Shown here: positions 19,837 through 30,475 of the stretch, in pieces
Layout: the number at the start of each line of letters is the position of its first letter
Position numbering within the stretch: position 1 is the stretch's first letter
NCBI GenBank assembly: GCA_004554205.1
Contig: SFNH01000002.1
Span: forward strand, 765 to 64,764
Source: Clostridium sp.
GTDB taxonomy: Bacteria > Bacillota > Clostridia > Lachnospirales > Lachnospiraceae
Reading direction: 5' to 3'
DNA: 64,000 nucleotides
Program-made: the position numbers and the translations under genes
The notes under the pieces: model-generated
Told to the model about the DNA's origin: nothing
Databases searched by the model: none
What the model saw: only the letters and a program-made list of their open reading frames with translations

Positions 19837-21048
19837 CTAGTTGTATGCAGAAGACTCTATCGCCGAGTAGGATGCGTAAATCGGCATCATCACCGCAACC
19901 ATGATGAATCCGACGAAGAGTCCCATGACAATGATCATCATCGGTTCCAGACAGGATACCATCCTGTTGACTGCCAGTTCCGACTCATACCCGAATTCCT
20001 CCGCCGCCGTGCCGAGCATAGTGTCAAGGCTTCCCGTCTCCTCACCGACACGGATGGAAAATGCCAGCTTCCTTACAAATCCGTCAATCGGCTCAATGGC
20101 ATCACTCAAGGTGCCTCCTGCCCGGATCACCGCAGCCGACGTCTCAAGCTGCTTTTCAATCCAGGCATTTCCGATCGAACCTTTCGATATCTGTAACGCC
20201 GTTACAATGGGGATGCCCGCGCCGTAAAGGGCGCTTAGGCAGGCAGAAAAGCGCGAGGTATAGATCATCTTCCACACCGTTCCCATGATCGGCATATGTA
20301 TCTTAATTTTATCGAGCATAAGCCGCACCGCCGCGATCCTGCGGACAGCGCAAAAAGCAGCCGCTCCCGCCGCCGCAAGAAAGATCAGCACATACCAATA
20401 GCCGCCTAAAAATCCCGTGACAGCAAAAAGTATCCGCGTGGGAAGCGGGAGCTCATCCGTCATGCCAAACAGCGGCTCAAACTGCGGCAGTACAAAACCA
20501 AGCAGGAACGCCATAACCGCCGCAGTCAGGAAGCCCAAAAATTTCGGATAAGTCATCGAACTTTTCACCCTGGCATTCAGCCGGTGCTGCCCGGCGTAAT
20601 ACTCCGACAGGCGGATTGCCGTCGTGTCCATATTCCCTGCCGCCTCCGCCGCGCGGAACATTCCCACCATCATTGGAGGGAAAATATTTCCCATGGATTC
20701 CATGGCGTCCGAGAGCGCCACTCCCTGCCGGATCTGGCGCAAAAGACCGGCGTATACCGCCCGCACATTCGGATTCATACTTTCATTCCGGGAAATCATG
20801 CTCAGGGCACGCACCAGGGAGACGCCTGCGCTTAAAAGTGTGCCGAGCTCGCGACAGAAATCAGATAATGTCTGCATTTTTAAGGGTCTTACAGATTTTC
20901 TCTCCGCCGCTTCTCTCGCAGAGATCAGATAGTTTTCTTTGCTCTTCAGTTTCTCGTACAGGTCCGTCTCATCCTTCGCTGCCATGACGCCGCGGACAGT
21001 CCTGCCCTTGTCATTTACGGCGGTATATCGGTACTTTGGCAACGTCAA
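19837..21048 (-). CDS. pilC: Type II secretion F / PilC platform protein
   Basis: FCRELGTLLSAGVSL, AAEAAGNMD, SSMTYP, VGEETGSLD, LEPMMII. Confidence 0.92.
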   Translation of the reverse strand: MTLPKYRYTAVNDKGRTVRGVMAAKDETDLYEKLKSKENYLISAREAAERKSVRPLKMQTLSDFCRELGTLLSAGVSLVRALSMISRNESMNPNVRAVYAGLLRQIRQGVALSDAMESMGNIFPPMMVGMFRAAEAAGNMDTTAIRLSEYYAGQHRLNARVKSSMTYPKFLGFLTAAVMAFLLGFVLPQFEPLFGMTDELPLPTRILFAVTGFLGGYWYVLIFLAAAGAAAFCAVRRIAAVRLMLDKIKIHMPIMGTVWKMIYTSRFSACLSALYGAGIPIVTALQISKGSIGNAWIEKQLETSAAVIRAGGTLSDAIEPIDGFVRKLAFSIRVGEETGSLDTMLGTAAEEFGYESELAVNRMVSCLEPMMIIVMGLFVGFIMVAVMMPIYASYSAIESSAYN

Positions 21049-21057
21049 TCCCCTTTC

Positions 21058-21624
21058 TTATAATCCGTATAGCTTCAGGTAGCATCTAAGGAGCTCGTCT
21101 CCCCAGAACAGCGCCGCAAGCATCCCCAGGCATAAAAACGGGCCGAACGCAAAATGCTCCTTTCTCCCCTTTCGCCCCGACACAAGCAGGTAAATACCGT
21201 ATGATCCGCCGGTCACTACCGCCAGAAACAGGGCGAGCAGATTTAACTTCCATCCCAGGAACAGACCGCAGACGCCCATAAGCTTGATGTCGCCTCCGCC
21301 GAAGGCGCCCGGCACCGCTAAGGTGATCAGGGTAAGCGGCAGGCTGACGGATACCGCCCCGATCAGGCGTTCTCCAAGGGCGGGCCCCGGCATAATGAAA
21401 ACGGAGATCAGGGAAATCACAAGAATCGCGATCACATATCCATTCGGAATCTCCATGGTGGCAATATCCGTAAAGGCGACTGCCGTCAGCGTTATGAGAA
21501 AGGCAAACACGGTCAGGGCAGACAGATTAAAACCCATCTTAAAAATGCACAAAGGGGCCAGACAGGCCCCCGTTAACCCAATCCATATCACCATGGCTTC
21601 CGCTCTTCTCTCCTCCGCTCCCAT
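21058..21624 (-). CDS. Prepilin peptidase A24, lacking the N-terminal Cys/Zn domain
   Basis: Both catalytic Asp motifs (AFTDIATMEIP, FGGGDIKL) and FAFGPFL; in-frame TAA ten codons upstream. Confidence 0.88.
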   Translation of the reverse strand: MGAEERRAEAMVIWIGLTGACLAPLCIFKMGFNLSALTVFAFLITLTAVAFTDIATMEIPNGYVIAILVISLISVFIMPGPALGERLIGAVSVSLPLTLITLAVPGAFGGGDIKLMGVCGLFLGWKLNLLALFLAVVTGGSYGIYLLVSGRKGRKEHFAFGPFLCLGMLAALFWGDELLRCYLKLYGL

Positions 21625-21664
21625 GAAGAATGTGCCTGCAGTTTCTTCTCTTTAATCGTCAGAC

Positions 21665-21694
21665 GCAACAGTTCAGGACGATGGCTGAGCTGTC
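21665..21694. repeat. Empty element overlapping the pilin stop codon
   Basis: GCAACAGTTCAGGACG-ATGGCTGAGCTGTC matches the two termini of the 6122-6347 element joined directly, in reverse orientation. Confidence 0.7.
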
Positions 21695-22119
21695 AGCGCC
21701 GGACTGACTGTCCACTGGTCATCTTTATAGACCGCTCTCTCGTTTCCTTTGGTGTATGTAATCCCGGAAATGGTAAATGCGTCCTTTCCGCTGTCTCCTT
21801 TAAATTCAATGCCGGAAACGGCGCCGTCAACACCCGCTAACTCCCTCACGGCATCCGCCGTGACATTTCTGTTATCCGGTGAATGGTTGGCATATTCCTC
21901 CGATGCCAGCGTCTGTGCCGCCAGATAAACGCTCCGCCCTTCCACAACAAGCTGCTTCTCTTTCGCCCTGTCGATCCAGCCTAGAAGCGACGGTACCGTG
22001 ATCGCCGCGAGGATCGCAAGAATAACCAGAACAACGATCAGCTCAACCAGAGTAAAGCCTTTCCTGTTGTCCTTCTTCATCCGGCGCTTCTCCCTGCATT
22101 TTGTCATCCGTCTGCTCAT
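21673..22119 (-). CDS. Major type IV pilin
   Basis: KKDNRKG|FTLVELIVVLVILAILAAITVP; first gene of the locus. Confidence 0.9.
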   Translation of the reverse strand: MSRRMTKCREKRRMKKDNRKGFTLVELIVVLVILAILAAITVPSLLGWIDRAKEKQLVVEGRSVYLAAQTLASEEYANHSPDNRNVTADAVRELAGVDGAVSGIEFKGDSGKDAFTISGITYTKGNERAVYKDDQWTVSPALTAQPSS

Positions 22120-22190
22120 CCCCCTGCCTTTTCTCCGAAGCGGGATATCCTGTCGCCCGACGGGACATCCCGCTCTCTCGTCACATTCCC

Positions 22191-22219
22191 ATTATAAATT
22201 GTTCCGCCCGCATTTTCAA
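22191..22219 (-). promoter_or_regulatory. Sigma-A promoter of the pilus locus
   Basis: TTGAAA, 17 bp, TATAAT. Confidence 0.7.
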
Positions 22220-22255
22220 TCATAAAATGATTTTGGAGCAGGGCGGTTTAATGTC

Positions 22256-23131
22256 CTAAGACTTCGCCGCCAGAAGCAGATGCTTTGCAAGCACCGCCGT
22301 TGTGACCGCGCCGACGCCGCCCGGCACCGGAGTCGCCATGGAAGCGACTCCCTCTAAGGATGCGAAATCCACATCGCCGCAGAGCTTCCCGTCCTCGTCC
22401 ACATTGATTCCCACATCAATGACAATGGCGTTATCGCCCACATATTCCTTATCAAGCAGCTTCGCCCTTCCGGCGGCAGCCACAAGGATGTCCGCCCTCC
22501 TGCACTCCGCCTTCAGATCTTTTGTGCGGGTATGGCAGACGGTGACGGTCGCATTTTCCTTTAGCATCAGCATGGACAGCGGTCTTCCGACCACCGCGCT
22601 CCGCCCCACGATCGTCACGCGCTTTCCGGCAATCGGGACATCATTCGCTCTCAGCACCTCCATCACCGCCTCCGCCGTGCAGGGCGCAAAGCCGCTCTCA
22701 TCCCCGGCGAATACCTTTGCCATATTGTCGGGGGAAATCCCGTCCAGATCCTTTTTCGGATCGATCAGCCGCTCGATATCCTTCTCACAGATCTGCTTCG
22801 GCAGGGGCCGCAGCAGCAGAATCCCGGTTACGTCCGGGTCTTCATTGATCTGCGCAAACTTTTCCTTAAATGCTTCATCCGAAATATCATCTGGAAACAC
22901 ATAGGACTCCGCCCGCAGGCCAAACGCCGCCATCTTTTTCACCGCCCCGCGCTCGTAGGAAACATCGTCAGGCCGCTCGCCCACACGGACGATCGCAAGC
23001 TTCGGCGGCAGCTTTGCGCTCTCCTGTCCGTCAGCGCCCTCCGCGCACGGCTTCGCCCCCAGCGCTTCAAGCTCTGCCTGCACCTGCTCCTTTATCCCTG
23101 CGGAAACCTCCGCACCCTTAAGTACGATCAT
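22256..23131 (-). CDS. folD: Methylenetetrahydrofolate dehydrogenase/cyclohydrolase
   Basis: PKKDLDG, PCTAEAV, GRSAVVGRP, VIDVGIN, TPVPGGVGAVT. Confidence 0.93.
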   Translation of the reverse strand: MIVLKGAEVSAGIKEQVQAELEALGAKPCAEGADGQESAKLPPKLAIVRVGERPDDVSYERGAVKKMAAFGLRAESYVFPDDISDEAFKEKFAQINEDPDVTGILLLRPLPKQICEKDIERLIDPKKDLDGISPDNMAKVFAGDESGFAPCTAEAVMEVLRANDVPIAGKRVTIVGRSAVVGRPLSMLMLKENATVTVCHTRTKDLKAECRRADILVAAAGRAKLLDKEYVGDNAIVIDVGINVDEDGKLCGDVDFASLEGVASMATPVPGGVGAVTTAVLAKHLLLAAKS

Positions 23132-23177
23132 CCGTTCTTCCTCCTGTTTCGTTCATGCCAAAATCCGGGTGAAACCT

Positions 23178-23807
23178 CTATGCGCCAAGTTCTTCCAGTA
23201 CCTTCCCGTAAATCTCATCCGCCTGTTTTGTTCCGGTCTCAATGAGCCGGCGGGCCGTGTCATTCAGTTCTTCTGCCTTTTCCCTGTTTTTCATGGATTT
23301 TGTGTTGATATAAATATTCATCACCGCACCGGAAATCGCCGCCCGGGCAAGCTGCGCCGCGACGCCCACATCGGACACCGCCATGCGGCTTCCCTTCTCC
23401 TCCATTATCTCCAGGACATCTAACAGAGCAGACGTTTTTTTCATGATCTCAAGCGGCACAAGGCTGGCCGCAAGCAGGTTTTCTTCCATCACCCGCGCCT
23501 TCTCCTCTTTCTGCTCCTCCGTCTCCGCCGGCATGCCGTAAGCCGCCGCTAACGGCGCGAACACCTCCGCGTCCTTATCCGCCAGCGCCATTAACTCCGC
23601 CTGGAGCGCGCGCAGCTTTAACAGGCTCTCTTTTATTTCCTCCTCCACAGCGGCGTAGCGCTTCTTTCCGACCGTTAAGTTTGCTACCATCTGTCCAAGC
23701 GCTGCCGAAAGCGCGCCGGAAAGCGCCGCCGCGCCGCCGCCGCCGGGCGTCGGCGCGCTTGACGCCAGCGCAGCAACCCACGAGCCGAGATTTTCTTTTT
23801 CTATCAT
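23178..23807 (-). CDS. fchA: Formiminotetrahydrofolate cyclodeaminase / methenyl-THF cyclohydrolase family
   Basis: LASSAPTPGGGGAAA, MVANLTVGKK, SDVGVA, NIYINT. Confidence 0.85.
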   Translation of the reverse strand: MIEKENLGSWVAALASSAPTPGGGGAAALSGALSAALGQMVANLTVGKKRYAAVEEEIKESLLKLRALQAELMALADKDAEVFAPLAAAYGMPAETEEQKEEKARVMEENLLAASLVPLEIMKKTSALLDVLEIMEEKGSRMAVSDVGVAAQLARAAISGAVMNIYINTKSMKNREKAEELNDTARRLIETGTKQADEIYGKVLEELGA

Positions 23808-23826
23808 CTGTTTTACCTCTTTCCAC

Positions 23827-25029
23827 TCATCGTTTTTGCACGGCTCCCACGGCCCGCTCAAGCCGCTTTACCATCTCATCCACATCCGCCTTCCCGATCA
23901 CGAGCGGCGGCACAAAGCGGATGACGTTCGCGCCCGCGCTTATCAGCACCAGCTTCTGCGTAAGCAGCGCGTCTTTCACAATGGGAGAGACCGGAACAGT
24001 AAATTCCAGACCCTGAATCAGACCTTTTCCACGATGTTTTGCAATACAGTCATACTTATCCACAAGCCCGTCCAGCTTTTCCCACAGATACGCGCCGACC
24101 TCCTTCACATGCTCCGTGATGCGCTCCTCTTCAAACAGATCGAGCACCTTCGACGCCGCCGCGCACACCAGCGGATTGCCGCCATAGGTGCTGCCGTGGT
24201 CGCCGGGCGCCATGACGGTCGCCGCCTTCCCGCAGGCTAAAAACGCGCCGATCGGCACACCGTTTCCGAGCGCCTTTGCCACTGTCATCACGTCCGGCTT
24301 CACGCCATACCCCTGCCATGCGAACATATCGCCGCTGCGCCCCATGCCGCACTGGATCTCATCCAGGATCAGCAGCGCGTCATTCTCGTCGCAGAGCGCC
24401 CGGACACCCCTAAGAAACTCCTCCGTCGCCGGATAGATGCCGCCCTCGCCCTGGATCGTCTCCATGATGACCGCGCAGGTCTTCTCGGAAAACAGCGCCC
24501 TCACGCTGTCCAGATCATTAAATTCCGCAAACCGGATTCCCGGAACGAGCGGCGCAAACGGCTCCTGATAATGGTCGTTTCCCGTCACGGAAAGCGCGCC
24601 GATGCTCCTTCCGTGGAAGGAATGCTTCATGGCGATGATCTCGTAATCTGCGCCCATCCCCTTATTGTACGCGTGGCGTTTTGCGATCTTTAACGCGCCC
24701 TCGACTGCCTCCGTTCCGCTGTTTGTAAAAAACACCCTGTCCATGCCGGATACCGCGAGGAGCTTCTCTCCTGCCTCGATCGCCGGCACATTGTAAAATA
24801 AGTTGGAAATGTGGCACAGCTTGTCAGCCTGCGCCTTCACCGCATCATTTACTTCTCTGCGGCCGTACCCCAGCCCCATGACTGCGATCCCCGCCCCGAA
24901 ATCGAGATATTCCTGGCCTTCCGTATCGTAAAGCCTCACGCCCTCGCCGCGGTCAAATACTACCGGGAAACGGTTGTAGGTCTTATAGAGCGTCTGCTCC
25001 GCCCGCTCAATATACTGTTTCTTATCCAT
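23827..25029 (-). CDS. argD: Acetylornithine aminotransferase
   Basis: FTNSGTEAVEGA, SFHGRS, ETIQGEGG, DEIQCGMGR, AKALGNG; AAAGGAG before ATG 25029. Confidence 0.93.
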   Translation of the reverse strand: MDKKQYIERAEQTLYKTYNRFPVVFDRGEGVRLYDTEGQEYLDFGAGIAVMGLGYGRREVNDAVKAQADKLCHISNLFYNVPAIEAGEKLLAVSGMDRVFFTNSGTEAVEGALKIAKRHAYNKGMGADYEIIAMKHSFHGRSIGALSVTGNDHYQEPFAPLVPGIRFAEFNDLDSVRALFSEKTCAVIMETIQGEGGIYPATEEFLRGVRALCDENDALLILDEIQCGMGRSGDMFAWQGYGVKPDVMTVAKALGNGVPIGAFLACGKAATVMAPGDHGSTYGGNPLVCAAASKVLDLFEEERITEHVKEVGAYLWEKLDGLVDKYDCIAKHRGKGLIQGLEFTVPVSPIVKDALLTQKLVLISAGANVIRFVPPLVIGKADVDEMVKRLERAVGAVQKR

Positions 25030-25099
25030 ATCGTCTGCTCCTTTTTCTCCGTCTGCTCTCACACGCGCACCGCCGTTTTCCATATAACCCATGCGCCCG

Positions 25100-26005
25100 T
25101 TACGCCTTTCCTTCCTCGTGGTAAAAGCGCGCAGCATCATTCTTAAAGATTGCCGTGCCGATACCGCGGTTGGTAAATATTTCCAGCAGCAGGCAGTGAG
25201 GAATGCGCCCGTCCAGGATATGCACCCGCGATACCCCGTTTTCAATGGCGTCGATACAGTTCTGAAGCTTCGGAAGCATACCGCCGCCGAGCTCGCCCCC
25301 GCCGATAAAGGCCTTCGCCTCATCCACGGTCATCTCGGAGATCAGGGAAGCTTTATCCGCAAAGTCCCGGTATACGCCCTCCACATCCGTCAAAAATGCC
25401 AGCTTCTCCGCATTCACCGCGCGGGCGATGGCGCAGGCCGCGTCGTCGGCGTTGATATTGTAGCTTAAGAAATGCTCGTCAAATCCGATCGGACAGATGA
25501 TCGGGAGGAAATCCTTTTCCAGAAGGTCATAGATCACCTTCGGGTTCACCTCCGTGATCTCGCCCACATACCCAATGTCCTCGCCGCCGGAGTATTTCTT
25601 CCGGCACTTTAACATCATGCCGTCCTTTCCGCTGATCCCGACCGCCCTTACGCCCAGCTCATTCACAAGCTGCACCAGGCTCTTGTTGACCTTGTTTAAC
25701 ACCATCTCGGCGATCTCCATCGTCGGCTCGTCCGTCACGCGCAGACCGTTCACAAAATGCGGCTCCATGCCGACCTTACCTACCCACCTGCTGATCTCCT
25801 TGCCGCCGCCGTGGACGATGATCGGCTTAAAGCCCACCAGCTTTAAGAGCACCACGTCCTGGATGACCTGATGCTTTAAGTGCTCGTCCACCATGGCGCT
25901 GCCGCCGTATTTCACCACGATGATCTTCCGGTTAAACCGCTGGATATACGGGAGCGCCTCGATGAGCACCTCCGCCTTCTGCATCTCATTGAACTCTGTA
26001 TTCAT
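25100..26005 (-). CDS. argB: Acetylglutamate kinase
   Basis: [37 protein letters not shown]. Confidence 0.95.
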   Translation of the reverse strand: MNTEFNEMQKAEVLIEALPYIQRFNRKIIVVKYGGSAMVDEHLKHQVIQDVVLLKLVGFKPIIVHGGGKEISRWVGKVGMEPHFVNGLRVTDEPTMEIAEMVLNKVNKSLVQLVNELGVRAVGISGKDGMMLKCRKKYSGGEDIGYVGEITEVNPKVIYDLLEKDFLPIICPIGFDEHFLSYNINADDAACAIARAVNAEKLAFLTDVEGVYRDFADKASLISEMTVDEAKAFIGGGELGGGMLPKLQNCIDAIENGVSRVHILDGRIPHCLLLEIFTNRGIGTAIFKNDAARFYHEEGKA

Positions 26006-26042
26006 AAGTCTCTCCCCTTTTCCACACTCCGCGCACCGCCGC

Positions 26043-27266
26043 TTAAGAGCGGTAATCCGCATTGATCTTCACATAGTCGAAGGTCAGGTCGCACCCCCAC
26101 GCCGTCGCCTCCGCATCTCCCATCTTCACATCGGCGATGGCGGTCACCTCCGGCTCGGAGAGAATTTTCGTCGCCTCCGCCTCACTGTAATTTAAGGCAA
26201 CGCCGTCCTGGATGATCTTCAGCCGTCCCGCCGCGCTCTCAAAATACAGATCGACTCTCTCCGGGTCAAACTGCGCACCGGAATAGCCCATGGCGCAGAG
26301 AATCCTTCCCCAGTTGGCGTCGTGCCCGAAGATCGCCGCTTTTGTCAGATTCGACGTGATAACGGACTTCGCCAATGTCACCGCCTGCTCCTTATCCAAA
26401 GCGCCCACGACCTTCACCTCAAACAGTGCGGTACAGCCCTCGCCGTCGCCCGCCATCCGCTTCGCCAGCGTCTCATTTACATAATTAAGCGCCCGGCAGA
26501 ACGTCTCATAGTCCTCATTTTTCTCTGTGATCTCCTCATTGCCCGCCATACCGTTTGCCAGCAGCAGCACCGTGTCGTTGGTGGAGGTATCGCCGTCCAC
26601 CGAGATCATGTTGTAGGTGTCCCTGATATCCTCGCTCAATGCCTCCTGGAGCAGTTCCTTTGAGATCGCCAGATCCGTCGTCACAAACGCTAACATCGTG
26701 CACATATTGGGGTGGATCATGCCGCTGCCCTTGCACATGCCGCCCACAGTCACGGTCTTCCCGCCGATCACCACCTGTACCGCCGCTTCCTTCTTCTTTG
26801 TATCGGTAGTCATGATCGCCCGCGCCGCCTCTGTCCCGCTCTTTAGCGAACCGCCAAGCTTCCCCGCCATAGCTCCGACGCCGTTTTTAAGCTTTTCTAT
26901 GGGGAGCTGCATCCCGATGACGCCGGTGGACGCCACCAGCACGGCATCCTCCGGCACGTTAAGCGCCGCCCCCGCCGCCTTTGCCGTCTCCCGGCAATAT
27001 CCAAAGCCCTCCGCGCCGGTGCAGGCGTTAGCGATTCCTGCATTGATGACGACCGCCCGGACATACTCCGATTCTCTCACGATCTTCTGATCCCACTTAA
27101 CCGGAGCGGCTTTTACGACATTTGTGGTAAACGTTCCCGCCGCTCTGCACGGCTTCTCACTGTAAATCAGCGCCATGTCCTCGCGGTTTTTGTATTTAAT
27201 GCCTGCCGCCGTTGCGGCCGCCAGAAAGCCTGATGCCGCGGTCACTCCGCCCTCGATGATCTTCAT
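26043..27266 (-). CDS. argJ: Ornithine acetyltransferase / N-acetylglutamate synthase
   Basis: [52 protein letters not shown]. Confidence 0.96.
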   Translation of the reverse strand: MKIIEGGVTAASGFLAAATAAGIKYKNREDMALIYSEKPCRAAGTFTTNVVKAAPVKWDQKIVRESEYVRAVVINAGIANACTGAEGFGYCRETAKAAGAALNVPEDAVLVASTGVIGMQLPIEKLKNGVGAMAGKLGGSLKSGTEAARAIMTTDTKKKEAAVQVVIGGKTVTVGGMCKGSGMIHPNMCTMLAFVTTDLAISKELLQEALSEDIRDTYNMISVDGDTSTNDTVLLLANGMAGNEEITEKNEDYETFCRALNYVNETLAKRMAGDGEGCTALFEVKVVGALDKEQAVTLAKSVITSNLTKAAIFGHDANWGRILCAMGYSGAQFDPERVDLYFESAAGRLKIIQDGVALNYSEAEATKILSEPEVTAIADVKMGDAEATAWGCDLTFDYVKINADYRS

Positions 27267-27288
27267 TATCTGTTATCCTCCCTTTTCG

Positions 27289-27753
27289 TCACCTGATAAA
27301 CCTGGTGATATTCTCCTCATTCAGCACAAAATCGTAATAGTTCACATCATCGCGCTCCGTCCAGCCCACGTTGTGCCAGAACTCGTTGCCTGCCTGGTTG
27401 CTCTTAAACGCCACAAGGCTGACCTTGTTGATGCCCTCCGCCCTAAGCGCCCTCATCGCGTAATGCGCCATCCTGTGTCCCACGCCGTGATTTCGATACT
27501 CCTCCGCCACGCAGACATGATAGAAAAATCCCGTGCGGCCGTCATGTCCGCAGAGAATCGCGCCCACGATCCGCCCGTTCTGCTCCGCCACCACGCTGGT
27601 GGTGGGATTGCGCCTTAAAAACCGCTCCACGCCCTCTCTTGAATCGTCGATGGAGCGGAGCCCGAAGCCGCGGATCGTAAGCCACAGCGCATATACCTTA
27701 TCGTAATCGTCCGGGCTCATCTCCCGGATCAAAATATCCATGGTTCCTGCCAT
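27289..27753 (-). CDS. GNAT acetyltransferase
   Basis: GHDGRTGFFYHVCVAEEYRNHGVG acetyl-CoA motif A. Confidence 0.85.
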   Translation of the reverse strand: MAGTMDILIREMSPDDYDKVYALWLTIRGFGLRSIDDSREGVERFLRRNPTTSVVAEQNGRIVGAILCGHDGRTGFFYHVCVAEEYRNHGVGHRMAHYAMRALRAEGINKVSLVAFKSNQAGNEFWHNVGWTERDDVNYYDFVLNEENITRFIR

Positions 27754-27815
27754 GTCGGATTCCTTCCCTGCCGTGTAATGATCGCAGCCGTCTGTCTATA
27801 CTGCTGCTAATAACC

Positions 27816-28856
27816 TTACGGGAACACCGGGATCTGTTTTAACCCTGTGTTCTCCGGCAGGCCAAACATCAGATTCATATTCTGCACCGCCTGTCCCGCC
27901 GCTCCCTTCACCATGTTGTCGATTGCGCCCATCATGACGAGCCGGTTCGTCCGTCTGTCGACCTTAAACGCGATATCGGCGAAGTTGCTGCCCTCGACCC
28001 AGCGCGTCTCCGGCGCCATGCCCGGCTCCATGACACGGATAAAATATTCATTCCCGTAATATTTATCATATACCGCTTTGACCTCCCCGTCGGTCACATT
28101 CTTTTTCAGGGAGGCATACGCCGTCACTAAAATCCCCCGGTTCATGGGAACAAGATGGGGAGTGAAGCTGATCGTCACCGGCCTGCCCGCCGCGTAGGAA
28201 AGCTGCTCCTCAATCTCCGGCGTATGGCGGTGGGAGGCGACGCCGTAGGGCTTCATGCTCTCATTCACCTCGCAGAAGAGGCTCGGCACCTTCGCGCTCC
28301 TGCCCGCGCCCGACGTGCCGGACTTCGCGTCAATGATAATGGTATCCGTGTCGATCAGCCCCTCCTTCACCATCGGATATAACGTCAGGAAGGAGCAGGT
28401 CGGGTAGCACCCCGGATTTGCGATGAGGCGCGCCCCCTTGATCTTCCCGCGGTTGATCTCGGCAAGCCCGTAGACCGCCTCGTCGAGAAACTGCGGGGAC
28501 GCGTGATGAAGCTTGTACCACGCTTCATACACTGACACATCTTTGATGCGGAAGTCTGCGCTCAAGTCGATGATCTTCGTTTTCGACAAGATTTCCTCCG
28601 TCAGACACGACGCCAGAAAGCCCTGCGGCGTCGCCGTAAAGATCACGTCCGCCAGATCCGCCAGCGCATTCAGGTCATCGTCCCCGCACGGCTCGCTCGC
28701 CACATGCGCCATATTTCTGTATATAGAAGCAAAATCCTCGCCCACATAGCTTTTCGAGCCATACCAGACAATCCTGACGTCCTCTCTCTGCAAAAGCAGG
28801 CGCGCCAGTTCCGCGCCCGCGTAGCCTGTCGCTCCGATGATTCCGACTTTAATCAT
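27816..28856 (-). CDS. argC: N-acetyl-gamma-glutamyl-phosphate reductase
   Basis: GATGYAG, IDLSADFR, ANPGCYPT, SGTSGAGR, HRHTPEI, DNMVKGAAGQAVQN. Confidence 0.96.
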   Translation of the reverse strand: MIKVGIIGATGYAGAELARLLLQREDVRIVWYGSKSYVGEDFASIYRNMAHVASEPCGDDDLNALADLADVIFTATPQGFLASCLTEEILSKTKIIDLSADFRIKDVSVYEAWYKLHHASPQFLDEAVYGLAEINRGKIKGARLIANPGCYPTCSFLTLYPMVKEGLIDTDTIIIDAKSGTSGAGRSAKVPSLFCEVNESMKPYGVASHRHTPEIEEQLSYAAGRPVTISFTPHLVPMNRGILVTAYASLKKNVTDGEVKAVYDKYYGNEYFIRVMEPGMAPETRWVEGSNFADIAFKVDRRTNRLVMMGAIDNMVKGAAGQAVQNMNLMFGLPENTGLKQIPVFP

Positions 28857-28877
28857 ACCTTAATTCCTCCCATGATC

Positions 28878-29010
28878 GTAACTGTTCAGTACCTTCACAG
28901 TTACGGGCAAAAATCCATAAGAATTGCCTTCGGCAATGGGATTTTTGCCTGCATCCACCACGTTTTCTTACGGTCAGCGCAGTAAATGCGCAGACCTACT
29001 GAACAGTTAC
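28878..29010. repeat. Filled element (modules E + F) in the argC leader, with perfect 14-bp terminal inverted repeats
   Basis: GTAACTGTTCAGTA ... TACTGAACAGTTAC; 28878-28950 recurs at 46042-46114; 28982-29010 is identical at 36608-36636. Confidence 0.9.
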
Positions 29011-29030
29011 CGATAATCATTATCTTTTTA

Positions 29031-29059
29031 AGTATATCTCGCTTCCCGGCATATGTCAA
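29031..29059 (-). promoter_or_regulatory. Sigma-A promoter of the argC operon
   Basis: TTGACA, 17 bp, TATACT. Confidence 0.8.
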
Positions 29060-29082
29060 TTTTCTGCGCAATCGAATCATTG

Positions 29083-29120
29083 GATTTATAATTATACACT
29101 ATAAATGAATATTATGCAAT
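29083..29120. promoter_or_regulatory. Possible tandem ARG boxes (ArgR) between divergent argC and argG
   Basis: TTTATAATTATACA and TGAATATTATGCA resemble TGnATwwwwATnCA; the second is one base short. Confidence 0.45.
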
Positions 29121-29169
29121 ATAAATTCTGATTTTTCGTACTGTTAAAATTATGCGTAATACTTTGTGC

Positions 29170-29198
29170 TTGATTTTTCCAGTGAGATATTGTATATT
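29170..29198 (+). promoter_or_regulatory. Sigma-A promoter of argG
   Basis: TTGATT, 17 bp, TATATT. Confidence 0.6.
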
Positions 29199-29236
29199 TA
29201 TGAGGTCAAAGAACTACAAACGCAACGAGGAGGATT

Positions 29237-30449
<1,213 letters not shown>

Positions 30450-30475
<26 letters not shown>

